Below are positions 8,565 to 17,254 of a stretch of 64,000 bases of DNA, in pieces (the stretch's first letter is position 1; every line of letters begins with the position of its first letter). The notes under the pieces were generated by a model. That model was not told where the DNA came from, did no database searches, and saw nothing but the letters and a program-made list of their open reading frames with translations. The position numbers and the translations under genes were made by a program. The stretch is taken from sequence record OZ195776.1. One strand, 5' to 3'.

Positions 8565-8963
8565 TTAGAACCTCTCGTATTCGTATTTGATACCAGCCGC
8601 GCCGAGTACTTCCGCGATTGGTGGATTTTGGTATGAATCGTCGTAACAGCCGCTCCACTCACGACGAGGAGTCAGATCTTTTTCTTCTGGATAATCGTCT
8701 ACCCATCCAGCCAGAAGTGCGATTTTGACTTTCTGCTCGTGGTCGAAACTTTCCCACATTTCGCGTTCATCATCGCAGCACCATACGAACTTATCGTCAT
8801 CGTAGTAACCACGACCGTAGTCGCTTAGGTAACGATAGATCTCGTTCTCAAATGGACTGATTATGCGTTCAGTGAACCAATTTGCGATTGATTCTGGTGG
8901 TTCTTGTGTAATAACGAAAGAAGACGAAGAACTGTTTGAAACAAAGCCGTTACGAATTTTCAT
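8565..8963 (-). CDS. FVSNSSSSSF-family protein 1
   Basis: N-terminus MKIRNGFVSNSSSSSFVIT. Confidence 0.75.
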   Translation of the reverse strand: MKIRNGFVSNSSSSSFVITQEPPESIANWFTERIISPFENEIYRYLSDYGRGYYDDDKFVWCCDDEREMWESFDHEQKVKIALLAGWVDDYPEEKDLTPRREWSGCYDDSYQNPPIAEVLGAAGIKYEYERF

Positions 8964-8970
8964 GCTGCAC

Positions 8971-9366
8971 CTATTCGATGATGTTGATTTTGTTACCAAA
9001 GCGACGGTTGAATCGCGCTACGATGTTTTCTGGATGACGTTGCTTGAACTTGTTGTACCACATGATTGGAACAAACGAGCCAACAATGACGCCAAAGCAA
9101 CACAACGCGAACAGACCTGTGCCAAATAGACCAAGAACCAGAACGCTAAGTGGACCAGGATTAACCATTAGTCCGGCAGCAATGTGCGTGCCGAAGGCGC
9201 AGACCACGGCAAAGATTGAGACAAATGCCATGACTGTGAGAAAGATGCTAAGAACAGTTTGCTTGACGTATTCAGCAGGCGACCAGTGGTTGATACGACC
9301 AGGAGATACGAAGAATTTGTTCAGTTTGAAGTGCCAAGATGATTTGCTAATTTCGAAGTTTTTCAT
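8971..9366 (-). CDS. Membrane protein
   Basis: Two long hydrophobic segments. Confidence 0.55.
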   Translation of the reverse strand: MKNFEISKSSWHFKLNKFFVSPGRINHWSPAEYVKQTVLSIFLTVMAFVSIFAVVCAFGTHIAAGLMVNPGPLSVLVLGLFGTGLFALCCFGVIVGSFVPIMWYNKFKQRHPENIVARFNRRFGNKINIIE

Positions 9367-9370
9367 AACG

Positions 9371-9616
9371 TTACCATTTAATTTCTTTGTTTAGGTCAAT
9401 GTTCGTGTGTTCTACCACCCACGTGACTGTAAAAATGATGATCTGAGCTGCGATTACAACAGCGATGCCGGTGAGTGTTCCTGGCAATCCAATCACCATT
9501 ACGAATAGTTGCCAGAGTTTCGCTTTGCGTTCTTCAAACACTGTGGTTGCGAAGCACAGTGCCATTAGATTGATGAAGAACCACGCTATTAGCGATAATG
9601 TGATGAGAGCTGTCAT
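9371..9616 (-). CDS. Small membrane protein (GLPGTL type)
   Basis: Hydrophobic; resembles 18235..18432. Confidence 0.55.
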   Translation of the reverse strand: MTALITLSLIAWFFINLMALCFATTVFEERKAKLWQLFVMVIGLPGTLTGIAVVIAAQIIIFTVTWVVEHTNIDLNKEIKW

Positions 9617-9885
9617 TACCACTCCACCATAATTGTGCGGTAGTTGTTTCCTTTGAAGTCTAAATCGTCAGAGGAATCTACCACGAAGTTACGAGCACGT
9701 AGCTCATCGGCAATCTTCGAAGTTGTTTCAGAATCCGTATAGCAACGCGGATGCATGAACTTACAACGAAATTCACCACGCATTGCTGCTTCTGTGATTG
9801 TTTTCAGTGCGTCAGCGACACACAAACGAAAGCGTTGTTGGTATTCTGCAAACTCACGAGCTTCTGCTGCGTTTTCAATAATCAT
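9616..9885 (-). CDS. Hypothetical protein
   Basis: In-operon ORF. Confidence 0.55.
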   Translation of the reverse strand: MIIENAAEAREFAEYQQRFRLCVADALKTITEAAMRGEFRCKFMHPRCYTDSETTSKIADELRARNFVVDSSDDLDFKGNNYRTIMVEW

Positions 9886-10337
9886 TTCATTGGCACCTTG
9901 TATTCGGTTTTACATTGTGGGCAAGCGCCCGCTTTAAATTGTGGAGAGACATAACTACGTCGTGTCCAGCTTACCAGATCAACATCAAACTCACAACAGC
10001 ATTTGTCTTCTGGAATGTTGTAGTAGTAACGAAGCAACTCGACGTTTGTTGCAACACCACAGAAGTACGGCTTGTGCAACACACCTTCTGGAATACGTTT
10101 GTCGACTACCAACGCAACTTTGCAAGGTCCATCTCCAAACAGAATAGCTTCCATCTTACCATCCAGAATATCATGATCGACCATGTATTCCAGATTCTCA
10201 GCCCACAAATTGGCCAGGTAAATCTCGGAACCACCACGACCAACAAAGCAGTAATTGCCACGTTTCCAAGGGAATTCTGACGAGAATCCTACACAACTCA
10301 TCATTCCGACCATGGTGCTAATCATTTCTGTTTTCAT
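9882..10337 (-). CDS. Hypothetical protein with C-terminal Cys motifs
   Basis: CCC and CPQC; start uncertain (10337 or 10349). Confidence 0.5.
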   Translation of the reverse strand: MKTEMISTMVGMMSCVGFSSEFPWKRGNYCFVGRGGSEIYLANLWAENLEYMVDHDILDGKMEAILFGDGPCKVALVVDKRIPEGVLHKPYFCGVATNVELLRYYYNIPEDKCCCEFDVDLVSWTRRSYVSPQFKAGACPQCKTEYKVPMK

Positions 10338-10573
10338 CGTATACCCCAATCATCTGTATCGGTTTTAACTTTCCATTTAGTATCCACTTGGTTGCTAGCA
10401 ACCTTGTGCATAATTGCGTTGGCATCTTCTAGTGAATACGTGTGATATTCACCACGAGTGTTTTTAGTTCCATCAGCGTTCAAATCGGTCCAGAAGAACC
10501 AACCTTTTTGTTGAACACGGAACTTACCGTTCTTCTCGATTACACGTACTCTGACATTAGCTGGATTCGACAT
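10334..10573 (-). CDS. Hypothetical protein
   Basis: In-operon ORF MSNPANV. Confidence 0.5.
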   Translation of the reverse strand: MSNPANVRVRVIEKNGKFRVQQKGWFFWTDLNADGTKNTRGEYHTYSLEDANAIMHKVASNQVDTKWKVKTDTDDWGIR

Positions 10574-10994
10574 TGAAATGACCACCCTTCTTAGTGAAAA
10601 TTTGATGAGTTTTGATCACACGCTCTCGGTTACCGTGGTTACGTTCTTTGTAACAGGTGTGCAACTTGATAAGGTAGTTGCCGTTCAACGTGCGGCGCAT
10701 GGTCATTCCGATCATATGGCCGTCATCACCATAAACGTTGATACGACGGTGCGTTCCAATTTCGTATAGGTAAATCATCTCACAAACATGGTATCGAACA
10801 GTACGTGTAATGATTTTCTCAAACTGCTCTTTTGGAAACTCACGATCGATTAGACGGTCAGCGATGTGCTTTTCGAAATCAAACTTAACGTTGATACCTT
10901 CATCATTTTCGGACAGGTTGTTTTTGATTACCATTTCAGTTAAGAAGTTGCTAATCAAACGACCCATTTTGTAGCGATTCATTGGTTGTGTCAT
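10557..10994 (-). CDS. regB: RegB-like site-specific endoribonuclease
   Basis: KHIADRLIDRE, RINVYGDDGHMIGMT and C-terminal RVIKTHQ match T4 RegB as I recall it (QHLLDRAIQRE, RLEITDGNLWLGFT, AVIKTQ). Confidence 0.65.
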   Translation of the reverse strand: MTQPMNRYKMGRLISNFLTEMVIKNNLSENDEGINVKFDFEKHIADRLIDREFPKEQFEKIITRTVRYHVCEMIYLYEIGTHRRINVYGDDGHMIGMTMRRTLNGNYLIKLHTCYKERNHGNRERVIKTHQIFTKKGGHFNVESS

Positions 10995-11004
10995 AATAAT
11001 ATCC

Positions 11005-11166
11005 TCAGTCAATCTGCAGTAATTTGCGAATGTTGTTGTAAACGTTTTCAGAGAACACAAATAGCATTTGCTGTTGTGCTTTTTCGGTGTAATCCCAGTA
11101 CTTCACACCACCTAGTCCACAATCAATGGCCAGGTCGTAAGCTGGGTTGCCTTGTGGAAGTGACAT
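11005..11166 (-). CDS. Hypothetical protein (53 aa, not in track)
   Basis: MSLPQGNPAYDLAIDCG...; abuts the J-domain gene stop. Confidence 0.5.
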   Translation of the reverse strand: MSLPQGNPAYDLAIDCGLGGVKYWDYTEKAQQQMLFVFSENVYNNIRKLLQID

Positions 11167-11729
11167 TAGCGCACTCCCATCTCTCTTAGTTCGTAGTCGC
11201 GATACTCTTGCGTATTGGCAGCTACCGGTAAACCATCCACCATGTGAGGTGCTGAGGCAACCTGAGTTGGCCCACCAAATGAAACTGTTGGACGACCTAT
11301 GTTAAACAGAATAACACCAAAGAACATGATAAATCCAAATAGCACCATGCCCATGAACATACGATCTTTTTCACCTCGCATCTTGGCTTGGTCGTATTGA
11401 AGAAAACGGCATCGGTTGTGGTAATAAACCGTGGATGCTTGTTGTTCTCTCAATTGACGATTCAACTTAACAACGTGGGTCTCAAGCTCGTCGATGTAAT
11501 CATCTTCGTAACGATGAGTCTGCTTCGGTTGCTCTTGTTGGATAGCAGTTTGGCTATCGCGAGCTCCATTACCAGCAAGAATCTGCTCGTAAGAGTTCTT
11601 CAAAAGAACAAACAACGGACCAGAACCGTTTTTGTCTGGATGCAGTTTTGTGCTAAGTTGACGGTAACGTTTTTTAACTTCTGATCGAGTTGCGTTTGGT
11701 TCAACACCAAGTAGTTCAAAGTGATTCAT
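11166..11729 (-). CDS. J-domain (DnaJ-type) protein with C-terminal transmembrane helix
   Basis: FELLGV...KKRYRQLSTKLHPDK with the HPD motif; TM MFMGMVLFGFIMFFGVILF. Confidence 0.85.
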   Translation of the reverse strand: MNHFELLGVEPNATRSEVKKRYRQLSTKLHPDKNGSGPLFVLLKNSYEQILAGNGARDSQTAIQQEQPKQTHRYEDDYIDELETHVVKLNRQLREQQASTVYYHNRCRFLQYDQAKMRGEKDRMFMGMVLFGFIMFFGVILFNIGRPTVSFGGPTQVASAPHMVDGLPVAANTQEYRDYELREMGVR

Positions 11730-11770
11730 AATATTCTCCTGTGGACGGGGTCGTTGACCCCATCTAAATG

Positions 11771-12019
11771 TTAGTTTGATTCAGCGAGTGCTTCGATGAC
11801 TTCACTAAGTGCCATTCCAGCCACACAATCAGCGCCTAAACGGGCAGCGGCCATGTAACGGATTTCACCTTCGGTAAGACCTTCTACGATATCCAGACCA
11901 TCACGAACTGGCTGTAATGCCATATCAACCGTGGTACCAACTGGATCATGACAGAAATCATCCACTGTATTTGAAACTGAGTCAACGGCGCTGCTTACTA
12001 AATTACCTAATCCAAACAT
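11771..12019 (-). CDS. Hypothetical protein
   Basis: GAAGGAAG RBS, 82 aa. Confidence 0.55.
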   Translation of the reverse strand: MFGLGNLVSSAVDSVSNTVDDFCHDPVGTTVDMALQPVRDGLDIVEGLTEGEIRYMAAARLGADCVAGMALSEVIEALAESN

Positions 12020-12076
12020 GTTACTTCCTTCTAATTGTGAGTTAATGGCTCCGAATGTTCCGGAGCCTACATTGTC

Positions 12077-12631
12077 TTACAGTTTGATACCGTTGTCAAT
12101 GCCTGTTTCAAACGCTTTGTTTGTGTGGTCGTTCAGAACAACTTTACAAACGTCAGACAGATCTTTCTTAGGGAAACCAGCCATGCGCAACCACATACCA
12201 CCCCAGAAGTAACCAAGTTCTTTCTCGTAGTTACCACAGATATCGATTTTCTTGGTCTGACTTAGACGGAATTCGTTACGACCAGCTTCCATTGTGTTCT
12301 GCAGACGCGTATACATGCTGCTATCAAACGGAAGATTCTGCTCTTGAATCCACTGCATCGTTGCTTTGGAACCATCTTTGCCATAACGACCGCCGAAAGT
12401 AGCTGAGATGACTTCTTTCAAGTCTTCTTTGTACTTGCCAGGAACTTGAGCCATTTCCATGATTTTGGTGGTGTAGTTGGCAAGAGTGTTTTGGCTTTCT
12501 TTGTGGAATTTGCCGATATCAGCTTCCCATTCCGTACCTTTGTTGTGAGCGCCAACGTAACTGGACACACCAACGAATGTTGGTACAGCGATAACAGTAG
12601 CAAGAATTAGAGCAACGTGAGAACCTTTCAT
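12077..12631 (-). CDS. LemA-like membrane-anchored protein
   Basis: N-terminal TM, helical body, GGMWLRMAGFP end; start MKGSH. Confidence 0.5.
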   Translation of the reverse strand: MKGSHVALILATVIAVPTFVGVSSYVGAHNKGTEWEADIGKFHKESQNTLANYTTKIMEMAQVPGKYKEDLKEVISATFGGRYGKDGSKATMQWIQEQNLPFDSSMYTRLQNTMEAGRNEFRLSQTKKIDICGNYEKELGYFWGGMWLRMAGFPKKDLSDVCKVVLNDHTNKAFETGIDNGIKL

Positions 12632-12658
12632 GATTTTTCCTTCATTTGTTTTTGTTGA

Positions 12659-12712
12659 TGGCCTTTGCCGGCCGACAGAGCCCATATTACAGATTTCATT
12701 TTAGATGGCAAC
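12659..12712 (-). promoter_or_regulatory. Early promoter plus class A leader hairpin
   Basis: TTGCCA-N16-TAATAT then GGGCTCTGTC GGCC-G-GCAA-A-GGCC. Confidence 0.8.
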
Positions 12713-12714
12713 AG

Positions 12715-13233
12715 TTAACCACAATCGGTTCCATCAAATTCTGGGAATTGACCATTCAGTATGCGAATTGCCTGGTTTGAGTCGCGCTCAGTAAGTCCAG
12801 AAAATCCATTTACATGGACGAAATTGTCGCGTTGCCAGTAAAGCATATCGCTATCATCGTCCAAAATAACGTACGTATTGAAGTCGTAATGATACCCAAC
12901 AAGTTCTTCATTGTCTTTGATCCACTTGAGGATTTCATTACCACGGAACACGAACCCGTTGTTGTAGTCTTCGGTCATTCCGATGATTTCACCGTCAATG
13001 CCCATCAAACGACACATTTCTTTTAGCTCATCGAGCTCTGCACCAAGTCTCCACGTAGACGAGATCACAATCTTAGCGTCTGTGTGGTCGATGATACGAT
13101 TCAACAAGCGTACGTTACGGTCGCTGTAGAAGTACGAACTACGAATGTTCTTCGGGTCGTGCGAGATTGGATGATTTTCAGCGTCGATGGCGTTATTCAA
13201 AACGCCATCGATGTCCAAGAAGATAATTTTCAA
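12715..13233 (-). CDS. HAD-family phosphatase (HAD_SAK_2, RNA-repair type)
   Basis: IFLDIDGVLN, IVISSTWR, RGNEI, YVILDDDSDM. Confidence 0.85.
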   Translation of the reverse strand: MKIIFLDIDGVLNNAIDAENHPISHDPKNIRSSYFYSDRNVRLLNRIIDHTDAKIVISSTWRLGAELDELKEMCRLMGIDGEIIGMTEDYNNGFVFRGNEILKWIKDNEELVGYHYDFNTYVILDDDSDMLYWQRDNFVHVNGFSGLTERDSNQAIRILNGQFPEFDGTDCG

Positions 13234-13234
13234 G

Positions 13235-14395
13235 TTATTCCCTATGTGTGTTTTGTGCTAAGCCGTAGCTGATACCAGCGCCCGCAAGGAAAGCGAGAAT
13301 TTGGATGATGACTAACAAACCAGTTGGTGGTTGGATAGACTTCTTGATGTATTCCATATTCTTCATTTCATAGCGATTGTAATCGGCTTCAATCACGGTT
13401 AATGACTTGTCTAGTGCAGTTTGCCAGAAATCTGGTTTGTCTTTGTTAGACTCGTGCAGAGACGCTAATTCACTGTGTAGCAATTGGTTGTTGTAACCTT
13501 TTGCGAACGACGTGCTCTTGAACCAATTCAGCTTGTTATCGTCGTCAAGACCAAAGAACAGAATTACGTCGTTCTTCTTACCGCCTTTCCATTGATACAT
13601 TACGTCATCAAAGTACGATGCAGGCTTTTTGGTACCAATTACAATCACATTCACTTGCTTTTCGTAACCATTGACGCGTAGCCAGTTACGAACTTGCTCG
13701 TTCCAACCATCAAGTGGAGATTTCCATTCGTTTTTAGGATTCGCAATTTCAGTATCATCAATTACCAAATCAACGTTGTAGTAGTCGATTACGCGTGGGT
13801 ACTTCGGAGCTAACGCATTCTCTGAGCGTGCATATTCAAATGCGTTATTCGGAGCAAGTAACCAGTTCGTATAGCCGTTGCTTTTCGATACAGGATCTTC
13901 TTTGTGAATCACACCCCAACGAATTGGCATATCAGTACCACGACGGTCTACACGATCAATCTCGTAACCACCAATGGTCGTCTTAACGAACCAGCGCGTT
14001 TCGTCGCGATAATCGTAGTTGTATTGCGTTTTGTAGTCACACACACGACGACTTGTCTTGTTCTTACCAGTGCCGGATGTTTCAGTGCGACAGTTGTATT
14101 CTACGGTACGAGTATCGTAGTTCGAACAGAATGCGTCTGGCCAATCGGTCCAACCACTCGGACAGGTTTCAGTGACTTTGTTCTTTTCTTGAACAAACCC
14201 ATGCCACAATTCAGTATCAGCGGTTTGGCTGTTCATATAACCAGCTTGTAAGCCAAGATGGATACCAATTGCCAACACAGAGGCAACAAGACCACCACCA
14301 ATTAGCTCATACCACGTAATTTCACGCTTAAAGACCGCGAATTTAAGGATAAAAACGCTTAAAAACGCTGTAATACCACTGAATATCCACATCAT
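13235..14395 (-). CDS. Multi-pass membrane protein with large extracytoplasmic domain
   Basis: Two N-terminal and one C-terminal TM; WKGGKKNDV segment. Confidence 0.6.
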   Translation of the reverse strand: MMWIFSGITAFLSVFILKFAVFKREITWYELIGGGLVASVLAIGIHLGLQAGYMNSQTADTELWHGFVQEKNKVTETCPSGWTDWPDAFCSNYDTRTVEYNCRTETSGTGKNKTSRRVCDYKTQYNYDYRDETRWFVKTTIGGYEIDRVDRRGTDMPIRWGVIHKEDPVSKSNGYTNWLLAPNNAFEYARSENALAPKYPRVIDYYNVDLVIDDTEIANPKNEWKSPLDGWNEQVRNWLRVNGYEKQVNVIVIGTKKPASYFDDVMYQWKGGKKNDVILFFGLDDDNKLNWFKSTSFAKGYNNQLLHSELASLHESNKDKPDFWQTALDKSLTVIEADYNRYEMKNMEYIKKSIQPPTGLLVIIQILAFLAGAGISYGLAQNTHRE

Positions 14396-14694
14396 ACTCG
14401 TTCACCATAGTCTTTGAGATTGTTGTTGATACCAAACACACGATCTTCGTGCTTCGAGTTTTTCATAGCTTCAATCGACTTTGCGGTAGGAGTAATGGTG
14501 AATATGTCTTCAACCACATCGTAACCGTATTTGGACGTCTTAGCTTGCTCACGAGCACGTTCTTGAGCACGAACAAGAGCATCACGAGTTGGAGCGATGA
14601 GGTAACCATCAGGACGAGCACCCCAACCAAATTCAACTTCGGTTACTGCTGCTGCATACGCGATTACTTTTGTTTCAAGTTTTAGTTCTGCCAT
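14392..14694 (-). CDS. Hypothetical protein
   Basis: AAGGAG RBS. Confidence 0.6.
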   Translation of the reverse strand: MAELKLETKVIAYAAAVTEVEFGWGARPDGYLIAPTRDALVRAQERAREQAKTSKYGYDVVEDIFTITPTAKSIEAMKNSKHEDRVFGINNNLKDYGERV

Positions 14695-14705
14695 GATGTT
14701 ACTCC

Positions 14706-14846
14706 TTAGTAACCAACGATTTCGTCAAGGATTTGATCGAAGTCTGAATTAACAGCTTCTTCGCCGAATTTACCAACGGTGTTATCACGAACAGCGTCGA
14801 TATCAAGATTCGAATTTTCGATAAGATCAAGTACGTAGTCAAACAT
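14706..14846 (-). CDS. Small acidic early protein (46 aa, not in track)
   Basis: MFDYVLDLIENSNLDIDAV...; AGAGG RBS; first gene after the promoter. Confidence 0.6.
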   Translation of the reverse strand: MFDYVLDLIENSNLDIDAVRDNTVGKFGEEAVNSDFDQILDEIVGY

Positions 14847-14865
14847 TTTAATTTCCTCTTTAGTT

Positions 14866-14918
14866 GCTAGCCCCGTGCCAACAAGACCTATATTACAGGA
14901 ATGCGTTTAAAAGGCAAC
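14866..14918 (-). promoter_or_regulatory. Early promoter plus class B leader hairpin
   Basis: TTGCCT-N16-TAATAT then AGGTCTT GTTGGC-ACGGG-GCTAGC. Confidence 0.8.
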
Positions 14919-14927
14919 GATCGGAAA

Positions 14928-14957
14928 ACAAAAAAAGCGCCAAAAGGCGCTTTCTTT
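14928..14957 (-). terminator. Intrinsic terminator
   Basis: AAAGCGCC/GGCGCTTT stem with T-tract on the minus strand. Confidence 0.8.
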
Positions 14958-14958
14958 A

Positions 14959-15351
14959 TTAGCAGTACTCTGTACCGCCACCAACTGAGATTTGCTTGCC
15001 AGTATGTTCGGCAATCTTCGTCAGCATCTTGTGTTGCTCTTCAGTTACGAAACCGTTGATACAGTCGTTTACCGAGAAGTTTTCTGGATCGTCTTCTACG
15101 CCCAGAGTGAATTCGTTGCCCCACTCGTACGTTTTAATACGTAGACCAGCATCGCCGAATGCACCTTCAAGCATATCGCCAAGAGAGTACATGCAATCTG
15201 TTTCTTCCAGGTCTTCTTTGTTCTTGTCGTAGAACGTTGGATCAAGGTCTTTAACCGCACCAAGCAATTCTTCGCGGTTAGCGAAATCAATACCACAAAT
15301 TACGAAAGAGCTGCTTGAGCTGTTTGATACAAAACCTAAACGAATTTTCAT
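14959..15351 (-). CDS. FVSNSSSSSF-family protein 2
   Basis: MKIRLGFVSNSSSSSFVICG. Confidence 0.8.
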   Translation of the reverse strand: MKIRLGFVSNSSSSSFVICGIDFANREELLGAVKDLDPTFYDKNKEDLEETDCMYSLGDMLEGAFGDAGLRIKTYEWGNEFTLGVEDDPENFSVNDCINGFVTEEQHKMLTKIAEHTGKQISVGGGTEYC

Positions 15352-15723
15352 TTATTCACCATCTAAAATTGTTTTCACGCCAGGAGCGCTTGTTAAAAGA
15401 TCTACGACACCAGTTTCGCCGTATTCAAAAGAACCTTCGAGAACCACGTTCCCATTTTCGATTGCTTTGCGCATGTCGTCGTAACGCTCTTGCACCCAAT
15501 CTTCGTCAGCTAGGATCTCAGCGACGTCTTGCTTACCGCCCCAACCGTAGTGGTCAACAACCCACTTATCCAACTCTTCCATGTTAGTAATCGTGGTTTC
15601 GAATACACGATCTGGTTTGATCTTGACAGTAACTGTACCATCATCGTTCATTCCGTCACCAGGAAGACTGATGATGAAACTTGAACTTGAGCTGTTTGAA
15701 ACGAAGCCATTACGAATCTTCAT
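15352..15723 (-). CDS. FVSNSSSSSF-family protein 3
   Basis: MKIRNGFVSNSSSSSFIIS. Confidence 0.8.
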   Translation of the reverse strand: MKIRNGFVSNSSSSSFIISLPGDGMNDDGTVTVKIKPDRVFETTITNMEELDKWVVDHYGWGGKQDVAEILADEDWVQERYDDMRKAIENGNVVLEGSFEYGETGVVDLLTSAPGVKTILDGE

Positions 15724-16103
15724 GACATTTCCTTCAATTTAGTTTTCCAAAAATTACGCCAGACGTGGATGTATTTGGATTTACCATTCCATTCTGACAG
15801 TTTCTTAGGCACCCACGTATCACCGTGTTTGGTTTTAATCCAAAATGCTTTTTCGGTTTCACGCAATACGATGCAAGGTACTTGTGTATGATGATGCAAC
15901 CGGTCACGATGAAAGGGCGCTGGTGGAGAATACGACCGTCCTGCGGTAGGAACTAAGTGCGAGCCACTTTGAAGCATCTCGTTTCCTTGCTCATCTACGA
16001 GACCAAGGTCATATCGAGTTTGCGGGTCGCTGTAACGATGTTCTTCCGCTAATTCTGAGGTGCTGAATGCGTAATCCAGCGCCATATCTGCCATATCACC
16101 CAT
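15720..16103 (-). CDS. Hypothetical protein
   Basis: In-operon ORF MGDMADM. Confidence 0.55.
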   Translation of the reverse strand: MGDMADMALDYAFSTSELAEEHRYSDPQTRYDLGLVDEQGNEMLQSGSHLVPTAGRSYSPPAPFHRDRLHHHTQVPCIVLRETEKAFWIKTKHGDTWVPKKLSEWNGKSKYIHVWRNFWKTKLKEMS

Positions 16104-16107
16104 GCCG

Positions 16108-16470
16108 TCACCACGTTACGTCAATCAACACTTTGGACCAATCATCGAACGACGGATCGTGCTTGCGGATGTAATTCGCGATTTCAACGCCGAGCATCCC
16201 TGCAGCATCGTCATTTGTACGACCGCTATCTGTGTGCTCATCGTAACCAGCGTCTGCACGCATTTCAGCAATCTCTTCTTGAGCAATTCCGTAGTTTTCC
16301 CAAGGATCCATGCTGTATCCGAGCCAAAATCGCTCAAGCAAATACATGCCTTCTTTAGCGTGCGGAATTGCGTGATGGTTGGTTAGCTCATGCCAAGCCA
16401 ACTCACTCTCAGGCGTATTGCGATGAATTGCGTCAACTGCCTTAACGATTAGATGTTTAGAATAATACAT
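16108..16470 (-). CDS. Hypothetical protein
   Basis: In-operon ORF. Confidence 0.55.
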   Translation of the reverse strand: MYYSKHLIVKAVDAIHRNTPESELAWHELTNHHAIPHAKEGMYLLERFWLGYSMDPWENYGIAQEEIAEMRADAGYDEHTDSGRTNDDAAGMLGVEIANYIRKHDPSFDDWSKVLIDVTW

Positions 16471-16480
16471 AAAACTGTTC

Positions 16481-16570
16481 TCATAAACTTACGAAGCAAA
16501 CAAATGCGACAATAAGGCATCCACTAAGGATGCCAAAACAAAACTGCGAACAACGTCTAATGAAGTCCAT
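16481..16570 (-). CDS. Possible 29-aa Cys-rich hydrophobic peptide (not in track)
   Basis: MDFIRRCSQFCFGILSGCLIVAFVCFVSL fills the gap; RBS weak. Confidence 0.35.
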   Translation of the reverse strand: MDFIRRCSQFCFGILSGCLIVAFVCFVSL

Positions 16571-16574
16571 ACAA

Positions 16575-17060
16575 TTACCCGTTGCGACCAGCACCGTATG
16601 AGTAATCAGATTTCGATGTAGCTGACATGAAATCGTTTATCATTTCTTGTTCAGATTCGTCGAAGAAGTCTTCGTCAATGTCGTAGTTCGGTTCAGCGTA
16701 CCAATAATCTTCTTCGTCTTCATCTTCGTCAGGCTCTGGAGTGAAGTAACTATCACCTTCACCACCGCCCCAAGACAAGATTGCAACTTTCGTGTCTGGA
16801 TTTTGGACCCACTGCTCGTGTAGGCCAGTAAACGATACTTCGTCGTATGTGAACGACTCTACTGATAGACGATCATTCTTTGGGTTGTAATTGTAGTTTG
16901 ACCACCAGCCGCGTTCTTTTTCCGGGCAGATGATGTCAGAAGCATCGACAATTTCGATGTCTTCGTGTTTGTTCAGTTTTTCCAAATCATCAACGATGCC
17001 AACACCGATGATGAAGCTCGAACTCGAGCTGTTTGAAACGAAACCATTACGTACTTTCAT
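16575..17060 (-). CDS. FVSNSSSSSF-family protein 4 (very acidic C-terminus)
   Basis: MKVRNGFVSNSSSSSFIIG from ATG 17060. Confidence 0.8.
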   Translation of the reverse strand: MKVRNGFVSNSSSSSFIIGVGIVDDLEKLNKHEDIEIVDASDIICPEKERGWWSNYNYNPKNDRLSVESFTYDEVSFTGLHEQWVQNPDTKVAILSWGGGEGDSYFTPEPDEDEDEEDYWYAEPNYDIDEDFFDESEQEMINDFMSATSKSDYSYGAGRNG

Positions 17061-17254
17061 TAAATCACCAAATAATATGCACCCAAGCAGATGCAAGCAA
17101 TAACAAATAAAGCAGCGAAGAATTTGAGCCAAGCGCTTGCTTCATTCCCACTCATGCTGCGGTACGTTCCGGAGAACGGACACGCAAGCACTTCAATTAG
17201 CGCCCACAGAAGGTATCCAATACCTCGGAGCACGAACTCGAACAAATCGTCCAT
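17060..17254 (-). CDS. Small membrane protein
   Basis: Hydrophobic; TAATG-coupled to both neighbours. Confidence 0.55.
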   Translation of the reverse strand: MDDLFEFVLRGIGYLLWALIEVLACPFSGTYRSMSGNEASAWLKFFAALFVIACICLGAYYLVI

